DNA from: Diplonema japonicum
Lineage: Eukaryota; Protista; Euglenozoa: Diplonemea
Reading direction: 5' to 3'
Assembly (NCBI GenBank): GCA_964019335.1
Contig: OZ025712.1
Coordinates: 62,001-126,000 of the forward strand
Length of the DNA: 64,000 nucleotides
Positions 42,411 through 54,037 of the stretch are shown here, piece by piece. The translations under genes and the position numbers were made by a program. Position 1 is the stretch's first letter. The number at the start of each line of letters is the position of its first letter. The notes under the pieces were generated by a model. That model did no database searches. It saw only the letters and a list, made by a program, of their open reading frames with translations, and was not told the origin of the DNA.

Positions 42411-42460
42411 ATTTTTTTTTTTTCTTCCCCTTTTCCCCAGTAACCATGATTGGAAGAAAA

Positions 42461-42499
<39 letters not shown>

Positions 42500-44218
42500 A
42501 AGAAACAGATTTCGAGACAAAGTACTTTGGAGGAAATGGGAAGAAGGAAAGAATAAAAAAAGGGGGGATTTTTTGAGAGAACACAGTTGGGGTGGAGGAG
42601 GAGGGGGAAATGATAAAAAAAACAGGTGGGTAGGGGAGGGGGGGGGTAAATATTTTTTGTCTTTTACTACATTTTACTTTACTTTTTGTATAACATTGGG
42701 AGGGGGGTTGAGGGAGATTTTTCTTATTCACCCGTCTTAGTCAGTTTGGAAAGGAGAGCGTGGAAAGGAGACCAGTTTCTTCAAGGAAGAAAAATGTTTC
42801 AACAATAAAAAAGAAGAAGTGACGGATTTAAAAAAAAAAAAAAAAAAGCCCCCGCCTGTCTCTTGTAAGGAGACGATAGAAGATAAAAGGGTTCTTTTTT
42901 TTTTGCATGGGTTTTCCATATGAAGAAGAGTTTGACCTTTAGTTGCTTTATTTCTTTCCCCCCCCCCCCTTCTTTTTTCCCTTTCCATTTAGCAAAAAAA
43001 AAAACCTGCAAGGACAACTAAAGCAACCTTATTGGTATGCATGTGGAAAACTCTTGCGTTCTTGTTGTTTCCTTCTTTTTTTTTTTTTTTTTGAAAAAAA
43101 AAAAACTTTTGTCCAGACAACGAGGGGAAAACGAAAAAAGAAAAAAAAAAGTTAGGGGAAGGCTATTGTCGGCGGGTAAAACGTGTTTCTTAATTTTTTT
43201 TTGGAAAAAAAAAAAAAAAAAAAAAAAAAAAAGAAAAGGAAACAGAATCGTTTTCCTTGTTTTTTGGAGCAGTTTCCTTACGAAGGAAGACGCGATTTCC
43301 TAAATATTGAAAATTAAGAAAACGGAAACAGAAATGTTTCCCGTTTCCTGCCAACTTAGCCCTGGGGGGGGGATGGGCAGGTTGCTGAAGGCCTCCTTCT
43401 CAATGCCTACCCCACAGAAGAATGAAAAAAAAAAGGGGGGAAGTACCACTATTTCCTCCAGTCCATGTCCACGTCCAGGATGGAAGCCTTTTGGTTTGTT
43501 GGCATTCCCCATTTTTTTTCTTCTTTTTCTTTTTGGTTGCTTGCAATCGCCCGGGGGGGGGGGGGGGGGGGTAGCAAGATGTAAAAGATAAAAATATTTT
43601 ACAAAAAAAAAAAAAAAAAAGGGAGAGCGAGGGGAAAAAAAGGCCATCGAACCGAAAAGTGAAATAAAAAAAATAATAACACAACTTTTTTTTTTTTTTT
43701 TTTTTTTTTTTACAACGTTGTCGGACTGAAAAGGTGTGTGTGGTGGGCGGGGGGAAGGGGTCACTTTTTGAAATTCACATTTAAAATTCCTTGGCTTGGT
43801 GTTCTTTTTGTTTGCAAAAAAAAAAAATACTGTTTGGAAAAAAAAAGGAGGGGGGATCCACCAGAAGAGTACTTTGTGTGCAGATGACATGGGTTCTTCA
43901 AGCTGTGGCAAGCCTGCGTTGCTGGTTTTCTCAGCATCTTAGCATACACAGAAAAACCATTAAACTGTCCAGATCTTCTTTTTTTTCTTCTTTGTTCTTT
44001 TTTTTCTACAGTAGATACTTAAGGTGAGCTCAGATTCTTTGTTGCTTTTTTTTTTTTTTTTTGTCATCTTCCCCCCACTCATCTCTTCTTCTTGCAAAAA
44101 AAAAAAAGAAGAAAAAAAAACTATTTTTTTTAGTATGTGTTTTCACGCTCACCGGCCGAACTGAGCTGAGTCCCCGTTGTCACTACTGCCTGCGGGGCAG
44201 CCTTGTCGGGGTCTGCGA

Positions 44219-44253
<35 letters not shown>

Positions 44254-44256
44254 AGA

Positions 44257-44287
<31 letters not shown>

Positions 44288-46127
44288 CACGCGCCCCGGA
44301 ATGCGCACAATAGATTTTTTTATTTTATTTTTTTATTTACTTGAAAGCCTGCCAGGGTGAGATTCGGTGATTGACCCTGGGACCAAACCAATATAATGAA
44401 ACAAAGAGAGACAAAGGGGGGCAGGGGTTTTTTGAAACCTACAAAGAAAAGCAGGTGCCCTATATCTTCATTAAGTTCACGAATCTTTTTCTTTTTTGAA
44501 AAAAAAAAAGATGCTTAGTGCACCTTAAAAATTCAGATAAAAAAGGGAGGGTTCTCTGCTCCCTACTCGGCATACCTTACCCCCTTTCCCCTGCTGGGTT
44601 AGGTAACAAGGATTCTCGATAAACGGTAGATAAATAGATTTTTTTTTTTTTTTTTTTTACATTGTTACAATAAAAAAAAGAATACGGCAAAAATATAGGA
44701 AAGTGGTGGACTTTTTTTTTCTTCCTCTTTTTTTTTCTTTCCCCTCTCTCTCTCTCCCCCCCCCCCTTTTTTTTCCCCTCATTTTTTCTTCTTCCAAAAG
44801 GCTTTAAATATCTCTCGCCGGTTTTCTTCTTCTTGAAAAAGCGTTTCCTGACGAGAAGTGTGCAGATGAAAGAAAAAAGTAATTGGGAACAGGGATGGGG
44901 GGGGGGGGGGGGGGAATTGAGCAAAAACGGGTTAAAAAATAAAGATCTATTCTTCCCACCCTTACCTTTTTACAAACTAACACTTAAAGGGGGGAAACAA
45001 TGGGGAGGGGGGGGGACAACAGAAGAAAAACGAAGAAAAACATGAATAAAAAAAGAAGGTCTTTAGATACCCTCTTGTTCCTTCCACCTGTATATATTTG
45101 TTTTTTTTTTTTTTTTTCGTCATTGCAAATCCAACGGGGGCTTTCCCCACTTCCTTTTTACTCTTTTTATTCTTATTATTATTATTATTATTATTATTAT
45201 TTTTTGTCTGGTAAATAAGAATTCGTGTTTTTTTTTTTTTTTTTTTTTCTTTTGTATGTTATACAAAATCTGAGAGTCTGTCCCCCCTAAGAAGAGGGTC
45301 CTGTCCTGTTATGTTGTCCATGTCGATCCCAACATAACTGATTTTAAAAAAAAAAAAAAAAAAAGAAAGAAAACTGCGTGGGACAAATTTACTATGGAAT
45401 GGCTCGCAATAATAAATACAAGGATTCTTTCATTTAGTTATCTTTCATTCTTCTTAACAATAAAAACAAGGGTAGCCACAAAGGGAGTGAGTCTAGAGAA
45501 GGGAGGGGGGGGGGGGGGGGACTTTTCTTGATTGCTCAAAGGGGAAGAGAGAGAGAGAGAGAGAGACCCCTTCGTCTTCTTATTCTTCTTTCTATTCTTT
45601 TTTTTTTCTCTCGTATTCTTTTATGAGAAGAAAATGAAGGTTGCCATTTTGAGGCGAACCTTGTTCTCTGAGTTCGTTCTTTTTTTTTTTTTTTTCCCTT
45701 TCTTTTTTTCAAATATCTCCATCCCCACTTCAAAGAGACCGCTCTGTCATAAAAACTTTCACCCACCCCCCTTGCAAATTCTTCACCATTTCTTATTTCG
45801 GTGAAAAGGCAGGGGGTGGTTGGAAAAGAAAAAGGAAGAAAGGCGGGAGAAAAAAAAAAGTGGGGGGGGGAGGAGAACACACAGGGAGTTGGCATAAACA
45901 AAAAAAATACCTCCCCCATCCCTATCCCCCCTCTCCTTTCACCTTTTTTTGTTTAAAAAAAAAAAAAAACACTCCCCTCCCTTCCTTTTTTTTTTAAAAA
46001 CAAACTATATATAACTATGGGAAAACCTTTTTAAAAAAACAAAACAAAAACATCCCCTCCCGTCCTCCGATCTAAAGTTATGTTAAAAGGGGGAAAAAAA
46101 AAGTTTTTTTTTTTTTTTTTTTTTTTT

Positions 46128-47702
46128 TCACGGCCCAAAGGGCTCATCCGGGTTTACAAAATAAGGATGCCGCAATAGATTTGTTGCGGAAGGGCGTCTG
46201 GAAGGTGTTCTGATGAAACACTTGGACAGGATGTCCTGCAGGAGCGGCTCGACGTTAGGAGGTGTGGGAGGGCGGTCCTCGCTGTTGGCGATGTGGTACA
46301 TAATCTCCCACGGTGTGTCTCCACCCACACCCTCCCAGGGGGAGCGGCCCAACATCTCAATAATCGTGCACCCAAGCGACCAAATGTCACACTGGGTACC
46401 ATAAGTCCCAGCTTGAGGTGCTATCACCTCGGGTGCCATCCAGTAAGGAGTCCCCACCATGGTCGACATTCCAACCTGCTTTCCTTGGAAGTCGTTTAAC
46501 ATCTTGGAACATCCAAAGTCAGCTAGCTTGATAATTCCTTCTTTTGTCACCAATAAGTTGGCACCTTTGATGTCCCTGTGAACAACGGGTGTGGGCAGGC
46601 AGTGGAGATACTCCAAACCATGCAGAACTTGCCGTACATATGTTCTTATGACGGACGGTCTGAGACGCTTTCCTTCAACCTGTTGAACAAGCTCAGCAAC
46701 CGTCCCACCGGAGCACAGCTCCAAAAACAGTTCCAAAGTCTGTCCTTTTGGATCGAAACGGTGGCCTAGGTACTGAACAATGTTCGTGTGTGACAGCTTC
46801 TCCATGACAGCGAACTCCGCCGTGAACGCTTCCTGCGATTCAGAGGATGCGACAGTGGCAAGGTCGATCACCTTAACGGCCACCTGTTGTGCGTTCTCCA
46901 GCTGTCCCGAGTACACCGTTCCAAAACAACCTTTTCCCAAAGGGGGGCCGACGCGTTCCCATCTTTCCAACATGGATGTCGTCACTGAAGGATGCCCCGA
47001 GCTTGTTGTTGTATGCCGTAATGAGACAGTCCTTGGAAACGGTGCCACCTCCGGGACTTCCAAAATCGTCGAAAAATCATCATGATGCATAAGCCACGAG
47101 TCGCTGAGAACAGAACTGAAAAGCTTTTCGAACATAGCAGCACGGTCGCTGTACAGGTCCATTGGTTTCAAGGATCTGGCGTCGGAAAGCCAGAACAGGG
47201 AGACCCATGGATCGGGCGGTATGTCAGGGAGGGGATGCTTCAAGGGATCCATCAGTTTAAGTTTTCTGAAGCAATGACATAGCGCTGCGTCAGTTCTCCG
47301 GACTGTCCAGAGCGGTTGTGAGGTGTTAGAGAGGTTGTATATAGACAGGTCGTACGAGATGAGATTGTTGACGAGTGGTGTGTAGACTACTGTGACGTTG
47401 AGCGTTGCTAGGTCGTAGCAGTTGCTGCTCGTGGTGGTGGTGTCGATGAAGATTTTATCTGGTTGCTTGCCGCCCGCCTTGTCGCTGTTGCTCGAGCCTG
47501 TGGATTGGTTGCACGGGCTCATTAGCCGTGGACACTTCATGTCTGCGAGCTTCACCCTCTCGAGCTCCTTCTCGAGCTCCGCATGCTTGCTGTTCCGCTG
47601 CAGCGCCTTGGGGTACCCTTTCTTCCCCGGCCTCACGTCCCTCTTCACATACGGTTTATTATTACTATGCCCGTGCTGCCCGTTGCTTTGGCAACACCCC
47701 AT
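46128..47702 (-). CDS. STE11/MAPKKK-family kinase with N-terminal MGCC acylation motif and PX-like domain
   Basis: LGKGCFG, VAVK, HRDIKGAN, DFG and GTPYWMAPE. The PX-like segment is WTVRR..L..KL...PLPDIPP..R..MFEK. Confidence 0.9.
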   Translation of the reverse strand: MGCCQSNGQHGHSNNKPYVKRDVRPGKKGYPKALQRNSKHAELEKELERVKLADMKCPRLMSPCNQSTGSSNSDKAGGKQPDKIFIDTTTTSSNCYDLATLNVTVVYTPLVNNLISYDLSIYNLSNTSQPLWTVRRTDAALCHCFRKLKLMDPLKHPLPDIPPDPWVSLFWLSDARSLKPMDLYSDRAAMFEKLFSSVLSDSWLMHHDDFSTILEVPEVAPFPRTVSLRHTTTSSGHPSVTTSMLERWERVGPPLGKGCFGTVYSGQLENAQQVAVKVIDLATVASSESQEAFTAEFAVMEKLSHTNIVQYLGHRFDPKGQTLELFLELCSGGTVAELVQQVEGKRLRPSVIRTYVRQVLHGLEYLHCLPTPVVHRDIKGANLLVTKEGIIKLADFGCSKMLNDFQGKQVGMSTMVGTPYWMAPEVIAPQAGTYGTQCDIWSLGCTIIEMLGRSPWEGVGGDTPWEIMYHIANSEDRPPTPPNVEPLLQDILSKCFIRTPSRRPSATNLLRHPYFVNPDEPFGP

Positions 47703-47882
47703 TTTTTTTTTTTTGTCGAGTTACCCCCCCTTTTTTTTGAAAAGGGGCCCGTCCTGCGATGTTTTTTTTTCCTGGCAAAAAAAAAAAAATGAGGGGCAAA
47801 AAAGAACTGGACGAAAAAAAAAGAAAAATAGAAAAAAAAAGTGGAAACTTTTTTTTTTTCTTCCCCATTCTTTCCCGGGAGG

Positions 47883-49052
47883 TCACAGTGGGCACACCTC
47901 CAGCTGCGCCATGATTTTCTCGTTCGAGAAGAATAGCACCACGAGCTCGTCTTTGCTGATCCGGTCGGTGGGCAGAAGATCTTGGACGGCCTCGGCGATG
48001 ATGGCGGCGGTGATCTTCCAGATGGACTGCATACGCCGGCTCGCGTTCGGGGAGTCTACATTGGCCGTCCTCTTGGCGCACACAGCCCCCACCCCAGCGA
48101 GAATATTATGCTTAGAGAGATGCTCCCGAGTGATGGGATTGGAGTTATTCAAATGGTGGTAAAGTTTTGTAACAGTGTCCTGAATAGCTTGGGGGACCAC
48201 CAACGTGAACAAAACTGAAATAAACTCTACGAAGTCCACGGACCCACTGCCGTTCTTATCAATCGCGCTGAAGATCCACTGCACGGTGCTTTCATTCAAA
48301 GGCGGCTCGGGTTTCAATATAAACACCAATAAATTGCTGAACGCGGACAATGTCAACGGGTCCTCCAAACACCCTACCACGCTAGCATACAGAGTTTGAA
48401 TTTTCAACGGGCTGACATCTTTAAAAAGTACCGGGAGGGGGCTTCGTTTTAACGATATCATTTGTTTCACCCGGCTTGTTTTCAGCGTCGCCATGACTTT
48501 TGCGCCCATTTCTGCGGATTTGGTGCTGTTCATGATGCTTTGGTGTCTTTTCTCGAAGTCGGTGAGCTGTTTGTTCATTTCTTGCGCTACAATTTTGTTC
48601 CTCCCACGGCCCGTCTGTACTACTCGAAGGGGTCTCTTGACCCCCAACAGTGGCCCTGACCTTTCCGTGAGAAACACGTCATACGGACTTCTCCCGAACG
48701 ACGGGTTCCCAGTTGTCCCTTCACCGTTATTCATGTTCTTCAGCGACATCACCCATTCCTCATTCCGCCGATATGCCCGCTTTGGTAGGGGTTGGAGCCG
48801 TTTGCCTTTATGGATGGGTGTTGGTTCGCCTGGCATTGTTATGGTCACGGATCCTAGGTCGCCCTCTAGCTTCTTCTTGATTTTGGACCGGAGTGTGCAT
48901 CCTGTGAAGACCTTGAGGACCTGGGTTGCCTGTATGTTGCAGCCTCCCCTTGTTTCCTTCTTCGCGAGGTATGACGATAGAAAGCCCCCCATGCTGTGCT
49001 GCCCCGGTCCGTACCCTAAATAGTTCCCCTCGTAACTTATTTCTTCGGGCAT
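47883..49052 (-). CDS. EF-hand-containing protein
   Basis: Canonical loop DKNGSGSVDFVEF; ATG at 49052. Confidence 0.7.
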   Translation of the reverse strand: MPEEISYEGNYLGYGPGQHSMGGFLSSYLAKKETRGGCNIQATQVLKVFTGCTLRSKIKKKLEGDLGSVTITMPGEPTPIHKGKRLQPLPKRAYRRNEEWVMSLKNMNNGEGTTGNPSFGRSPYDVFLTERSGPLLGVKRPLRVVQTGRGRNKIVAQEMNKQLTDFEKRHQSIMNSTKSAEMGAKVMATLKTSRVKQMISLKRSPLPVLFKDVSPLKIQTLYASVVGCLEDPLTLSAFSNLLVFILKPEPPLNESTVQWIFSAIDKNGSGSVDFVEFISVLFTLVVPQAIQDTVTKLYHHLNNSNPITREHLSKHNILAGVGAVCAKRTANVDSPNASRRMQSIWKITAAIIAEAVQDLLPTDRISKDELVVLFFSNEKIMAQLEVCPL

Positions 49053-49221
49053 TTCTTTTTTTTTTTTATTTTCTTTCAAAGGATCGCCCCCCCCCCTCCC
49101 CCCCCTCCGTTACTTCCTTTGTTGTTTAGTTTCTTTTTTTTTTTTTCGTTTAATACCCGAAAAACGTCAAAGGAATGGGGGGATGTTTCGCAGTTCTTTT
49201 TTTTTTTTTGTAAAGGCCATG

Positions 49222-50079
49222 TTAATGCGCCACCTGACCCGTTCTCGGGTTCACGCATGACAGGTCTATGGAAATAGCCCCTTGCATGCCAAGTTCGCTT
49301 TTTTCACTTTGCCATTTTTCTCGGAGTTTTGCTGTCTCCGAGAAGAGCTTATCGACGGCCAGCTCCCTCTCGCGAAGCATCTGCCGCTTCTTCGCCAGCT
49401 TCTCTCTGCGCTGCTGTGCAGTGAGGGCATGGGCAGCCTCGAAGGCGGTCTCTATCTCGTTCCTGTTTTTACACCCGCGCTCCTCATCCTCCTCTGTCTT
49501 CTTGATCTTCCTCTCAAGGCCCTTCATGTTGTACTGGTCGCGGATGGTTTCGAGTCTCGAGTCAATTTGTGTGCTTTCCCAATCTTCGGTGGCCTTGTCA
49601 TGCCAGGATTTCTCTGTTTGCTGAGAGCTGATGAGCTGCAGCTGCCGTTCCTTTCTCTCCTGCATCATGGCGACGTCGGCTTGCTTCCGTTTGCTGACCT
49701 TCTCCTTCCACTGGACATCTAAAGGGTGGAACGTGGGGAGCGAAAGCTGCACCCTGCTGTCCACCTTCCGAGAGGCGGTCACAAGGTGGATCAAGCCCCT
49801 CCACGAGTTGGCTTCCTCTAGTGCGTCCTTCGGAGGAGACCTCATATGATTCACCCTTGTCGCGTCCATGAGGAACTGTATCCCGTTCATCGGCCTCCCG
49901 CTTGGCACGGGCCTCTTCGCCACTGGGGTCTCTTCAGGCGGGTGCGGGATTGCCTTCTGGAACTGCAACTCCGTGTTTAAGTCCTCCCACGTCTTCTCCG
50001 AGATCACATAGGCCCCATCCACCACCTCCATCTGCGGCATGGACCTCGGGAACGACCCCTTGCGAGCCCTGATCGCCAT
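49222..50079 (-). CDS. Hypothetical coiled-coil protein
   Basis: 285-aa ORF with a charged helical C-half. Confidence 0.6.
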   Translation of the reverse strand: MAIRARKGSFPRSMPQMEVVDGAYVISEKTWEDLNTELQFQKAIPHPPEETPVAKRPVPSGRPMNGIQFLMDATRVNHMRSPPKDALEEANSWRGLIHLVTASRKVDSRVQLSLPTFHPLDVQWKEKVSKRKQADVAMMQERKERQLQLISSQQTEKSWHDKATEDWESTQIDSRLETIRDQYNMKGLERKIKKTEEDEERGCKNRNEIETAFEAAHALTAQQRREKLAKKRQMLRERELAVDKLFSETAKLREKWQSEKSELGMQGAISIDLSCVNPRTGQVAH

Positions 50080-50210
50080 GTGTGCCTGTGCTGGGTTGTA
50101 AGTGTCGAATGTGAAAGGTATACATATCCATAGTGGTCGGATCGACTACCGGTTTGGGTTCGCCTTTTTTTTCTTCTTTTTTTTTTTCCCCGCAGCTTTT
50201 TTTTTTTTTT

Positions 50211-53138
50211 TTACTTGATTCTTCTCTTTTTCTCCTTTCGGCGTTTGTTGTTCCTGCGCAGGATGGCCCCCTCGCCCTCGTCGCTGGAGGAGGCTTTCCG
50301 TGTGGACGACGTGAAGTCGGAGCGGAGCTGTGCCATCTCGGCACGCATTGCCTCGGCGGCGATGCCTCTGTACTCCGAAGCGGTGGTGACGTAGAGAGAG
50401 GGTGCGTACTTCACGAGCCATGAGGGCTCGACGGTGCACACTTCGCGGAGGTACTCCCTGCGAGTTTGAACCAGCTCATTGTAGAGGATCCACTCAGGAG
50501 AGTCGTCCCAGCTGAGCCTTGCGAACACAGACGAGGGGTGCACTGCAGCCTGCAGTTCGTCGTACAGCGTCTTGTAGATGGTCACACCTTGCTCCGTCCC
50601 GAACCTCCTCGCCACTCGCATGACAGACGCAGCGCACAGCGCCTCTTGTACCTTCTCCACTCTCGCGTGGTCCATGCCGCCCCTGAACCTCACCTCTTCC
50701 TTCACTAACTCCATTCTTTGTAGCATGCTCGCCAGCTGCTCCGCAATCCTCACCGCAGTGTCCACCGCCCTTATGCTGATGTAGTTGTCGCTGCACCATT
50801 CAGGCAGATCTGAGCCTGAGCGCGAGCTTGCCTCACAGAACACCTTCAGCAACGTCAGCTGGTCGCCCTGCCGCAGCGTCAGCTTCTTCTTCACACCGTC
50901 CGCCGCGTCATGCTCAGCACGCGGCCTGAGAAAAGTCGGCGAACCGCAGGTGAGCATCCCGATAATGGCACAGACCTCCTTCACGCACTCCAATTCACAC
51001 GACACTACAAGTGCCTTTGAGAGATAGGGCTCAAGGGGGAAGGCGAGCATGTTGTTGCCTAGACTCGTGATGGCACCTGTGTCCGAGAGGGCACCAAGGT
51101 GGTACAAGGACGACAAGGCAGAGGTGATGGTGGAGGCAGGGGGGAGGTCCATGAGGTCAAGGGACATGAGGTCGATGTCAGGGTACTTCTTGAGCATCAG
51201 AATGGTCGTCTCAAGGCTGGCACGCTGTATCTCGGGGATCGTTTGTGAGAGCATTTCGGTGTCGTAGGAGTCCTCCGTGTACAGGCGGAAACACTTCCCA
51301 GGGCCGGTCCTCCCTGCCCTGCCTGCACGTTGCCTTGCTGCAGCCTGCGAGATAGGCGTCACCATCAAACAGTCCATCCGGTAAACAGGGTCGTGTGTCT
51401 TCACCTTAGCAAAACCGCAGTCGACCACGTACACGATGCCGTCTATTGTGATGGAGGTTTCGGCGACGTTCGTGCAGAAAATGACCTTCCTCTTCCCTAC
51501 GGGCGTGAGCTCAAAGATCTCTGCTTGGTTTTCGGCAGGCAGTGCGGAATACAGCGGTAGAATGATGAGCTCGGGCATCCCTTCGTACCCACCTGAGTTG
51601 CGCATCCCCAGGTACCACTCGTAGCATATCTGGCACGCCGTGTCGATCTCGTCCTGCCCTGTCAGGAACACCAGGATGTCCCCCAGCCCTTCGTTCACGT
51701 GGATCTCGAATACCACTTTCAACGTCGTTGCATACCAGTCATCCTCCCGCTCGTGGAGGTACAAGGTTTCCACTGGGTAAGTGCGGCCTGGGATGTAGTA
51801 CACGGAAGCCTCGTTGAAGTACTTGGAGAATTTACCGGCATCAATGGTGGCCGAGGAAATGACAACCTTCAGAGAGGTGCCCGTAGAGATGAGCCGCTTG
51901 AGGAGGAATAAAAGGAGGTCGGTGGTGAGGGTGCGCTCATGCGCCTCGTCGATCATGACGACCTTGTAACCCTTGAGGGTGGGGTTCACGAGCAGGGCAC
52001 GCAGGAGCATCCCGTCTGTCATGTACTTGATGCGCGTGGACCTCGTGTACTTGTCGTCGAAGCGGACGGAGTACCCTACTTCATCGCCGAGAGGCACGTG
52101 ACGTTCTTGAGCCACTCGCTTTGCTATGGATATCGCAGACACCCTCCTTGGCTGCGTGCACACCACCATGCCCTCTCCTTCCAGCAGGTCGCACAGGTAC
52201 TGCGGTATCTGAGTTGTCTTCCCACTCCCTGTTTCCCCTATCACCACCAAGCACCGCCTGTCCCTCACAGCCTGAACAATCCCCTCACGCTGAGAATACA
52301 CAGGCAACTCATTCGCTTTTACAGGTGGCCTACCCAACCTTCTCTTTCCTTCCCCTGCCATCGTCCACTGTCTGGTGGGGCCTGTGCCCCCAGTCTTCCG
52401 TCGCTTTTCTAGTAATTCTGAAGGTAGTGCCGCAGCCTTCGCTAGCGCCCCTTGCGAGTTTTTCATCAGCCGCACGGCAGTCGACGTGATGGCCTGAGGC
52501 GTGCTCGCTAAGAAGGGCGCTGCGGTGTTCTTCTTGATCTCGACCTCCTTCACGATGAGCACCTCATTGGTACGCTTTCTGGACGGCCGCTCAGCATCAT
52601 CGGTACCCCCTTTGGACTCCGATACCGCAGGCTGCGGGCGGGTGATGGACGTAGCCGAAGAGAGCTTGTTGATGTAGTAAAACTTCCCTGCTGTGGATGT
52701 GCTCTCACGGACCTCCCAGCCCTCAGGGGGGGCGGGGTCGAAGACAGATTCACGATAGGTCTTGGAATGAAGGAAGTCAGGCTTCTTGGTCGGGTGGCAC
52801 ACGTGTATGAAATGGTACACCTTCGCGAGCTTGGCGGAGTCGAGACCGCCTGCATCGTCCCTGCTTGAAGAGATAAAGGTCTGTAAGTTCGCAGAGTCCT
52901 CCCATACATCTACCAAGTACTCGCCTAACGTGAAGGCTTCGTTGTCACCAGCTACGCCCCAGTCAAGGAGCTGCTCTGCAACCCCGTCCGCGCACTTCTC
53001 TGTCATCTGCCGTATCTCGAACGCAGACTTTTGTACAGGCCTCACCCTTGTGGCCTCCTGAGTCACAACGTTGTAGAAGTACCTCATCTTCGACCCGCTG
53101 CTCCTGCGGACCTCCCATCCAGGAGGCAGATCGTCCAT
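50211..53138 (-). CDS. Spliceosomal-type DEAH-box RNA helicase (Prp22/DHX8-like) with two WW domains
   Basis: GETGSGKT, TQPRR, DEAH, SAT and QRAGRAGR motifs plus HA2/OB regions. WW motifs LPPGWEVRRS..YFYN...TRVRP and PPEGWEVRES..FYYIN...SITRP. Confidence 0.9.
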   Translation of the reverse strand: MDDLPPGWEVRRSSGSKMRYFYNVVTQEATRVRPVQKSAFEIRQMTEKCADGVAEQLLDWGVAGDNEAFTLGEYLVDVWEDSANLQTFISSSRDDAGGLDSAKLAKVYHFIHVCHPTKKPDFLHSKTYRESVFDPAPPEGWEVRESTSTAGKFYYINKLSSATSITRPQPAVSESKGGTDDAERPSRKRTNEVLIVKEVEIKKNTAAPFLASTPQAITSTAVRLMKNSQGALAKAAALPSELLEKRRKTGGTGPTRQWTMAGEGKRRLGRPPVKANELPVYSQREGIVQAVRDRRCLVVIGETGSGKTTQIPQYLCDLLEGEGMVVCTQPRRVSAISIAKRVAQERHVPLGDEVGYSVRFDDKYTRSTRIKYMTDGMLLRALLVNPTLKGYKVVMIDEAHERTLTTDLLLFLLKRLISTGTSLKVVISSATIDAGKFSKYFNEASVYYIPGRTYPVETLYLHEREDDWYATTLKVVFEIHVNEGLGDILVFLTGQDEIDTACQICYEWYLGMRNSGGYEGMPELIILPLYSALPAENQAEIFELTPVGKRKVIFCTNVAETSITIDGIVYVVDCGFAKVKTHDPVYRMDCLMVTPISQAAARQRAGRAGRTGPGKCFRLYTEDSYDTEMLSQTIPEIQRASLETTILMLKKYPDIDLMSLDLMDLPPASTITSALSSLYHLGALSDTGAITSLGNNMLAFPLEPYLSKALVVSCELECVKEVCAIIGMLTCGSPTFLRPRAEHDAADGVKKKLTLRQGDQLTLLKVFCEASSRSGSDLPEWCSDNYISIRAVDTAVRIAEQLASMLQRMELVKEEVRFRGGMDHARVEKVQEALCAASVMRVARRFGTEQGVTIYKTLYDELQAAVHPSSVFARLSWDDSPEWILYNELVQTRREYLREVCTVEPSWLVKYAPSLYVTTASEYRGIAAEAMRAEMAQLRSDFTSSTRKASSSDEGEGAILRRNNKRRKEKKRRIK

Positions 53139-53294
53139 CTCTCCCTCTCCTGCCTGTTGGTATGTTTCAAAGTTGCACGGCGCAAGAAAAGACAGCAAGG
53201 AGGACCTGCCCCCATCGCATGGTTGGCCATAATGGGTATATAATACATGTGGTATAATGGTTTTCTTTTTTCCTTTTTTTCTTTTTGAATCGTT

Positions 53295-53906
53295 TTACAC
53301 GCTTAGCGACTCTAGCTGTCGGTAGCAGGAAGGTTGGATGGCGTTGCTAGGGTCGGCAGTGACGTTGTAGCCCAACCAGTTGCAGAAGGCAGTGCCGTCC
53401 GTGAAGGCTTCTCTGATGGGCCTGGTGTAGGCAGCGATGTCGTTGGCGTGCACGGGGTCGTTGGGCTCCGCGAGCATGGCATTGCCGCACCACTTGTACA
53501 TCACAATGCACTGTGAGAGGCACAGCCTGACCCTTCCGGAACTGAAGAAGCTGCTCTGCACCGGTGAGCACACATGGCACAACGTCTGCCGTACCTGCAA
53601 AAAAAAGAATTTTTACAAACTTATAAACAAGAATGTCATACCACTTGCGAGCACTTCTCGGTAGCGTTGAAAGGGACATAAGGTGAGCTAAAGGCCGCTC
53701 TGGCCTCTGCCTCTAAGCAGCATGCGTTGTCTGTCGGTTGCTTGGATTTTTCTCCATTCTTGTTGCATACCCATGTGCAGCGGGCAAAGGTCACGGATCC
53801 CCGGTTGCGGCACTGGGCGTCTGAAGGCACCGAACATACTGCACTGCGACACGACCGCAGGCACGTTGATTAGCAGCAGCGCACATGTTAATATGAAGTG
53901 CAGCAT
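53295..53906 (-). CDS. Secreted folate-receptor-family-like Cys-rich protein; introns 53731-53770 and 53595-53641
   Basis: Splicing joins three ORF pieces: signal peptide, LCPLHMDNACC, KCSQVVRQTLCHVCSP, LCLSQC..MYKWC, FCNWLG. Confidence 0.65.
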
Positions 53907-54037
53907 AAAATTAGTTTTTTTTTTATCACCCCCACCCCTTGAATCCTCCCCCGACAGGCTGTAGGAAAATACATGAAGCGGGTGAGCAAAAAAGAAAAAA
54001 AAAATTTAAAAAAAAAAAAAAAAAAAAACACTGATAC

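Noticed and set aside
40750-45919. Many K/F-rich short ORFs in intergenic DNA
   Set aside because: Translations of poly(A)/poly(T) runs, not genes.
53688-53830. Apparent frameshift or programmed recoding in the folate-receptor-like gene
   Set aside because: A canonical 40-nt intron (53731-53770) explains the frame change.
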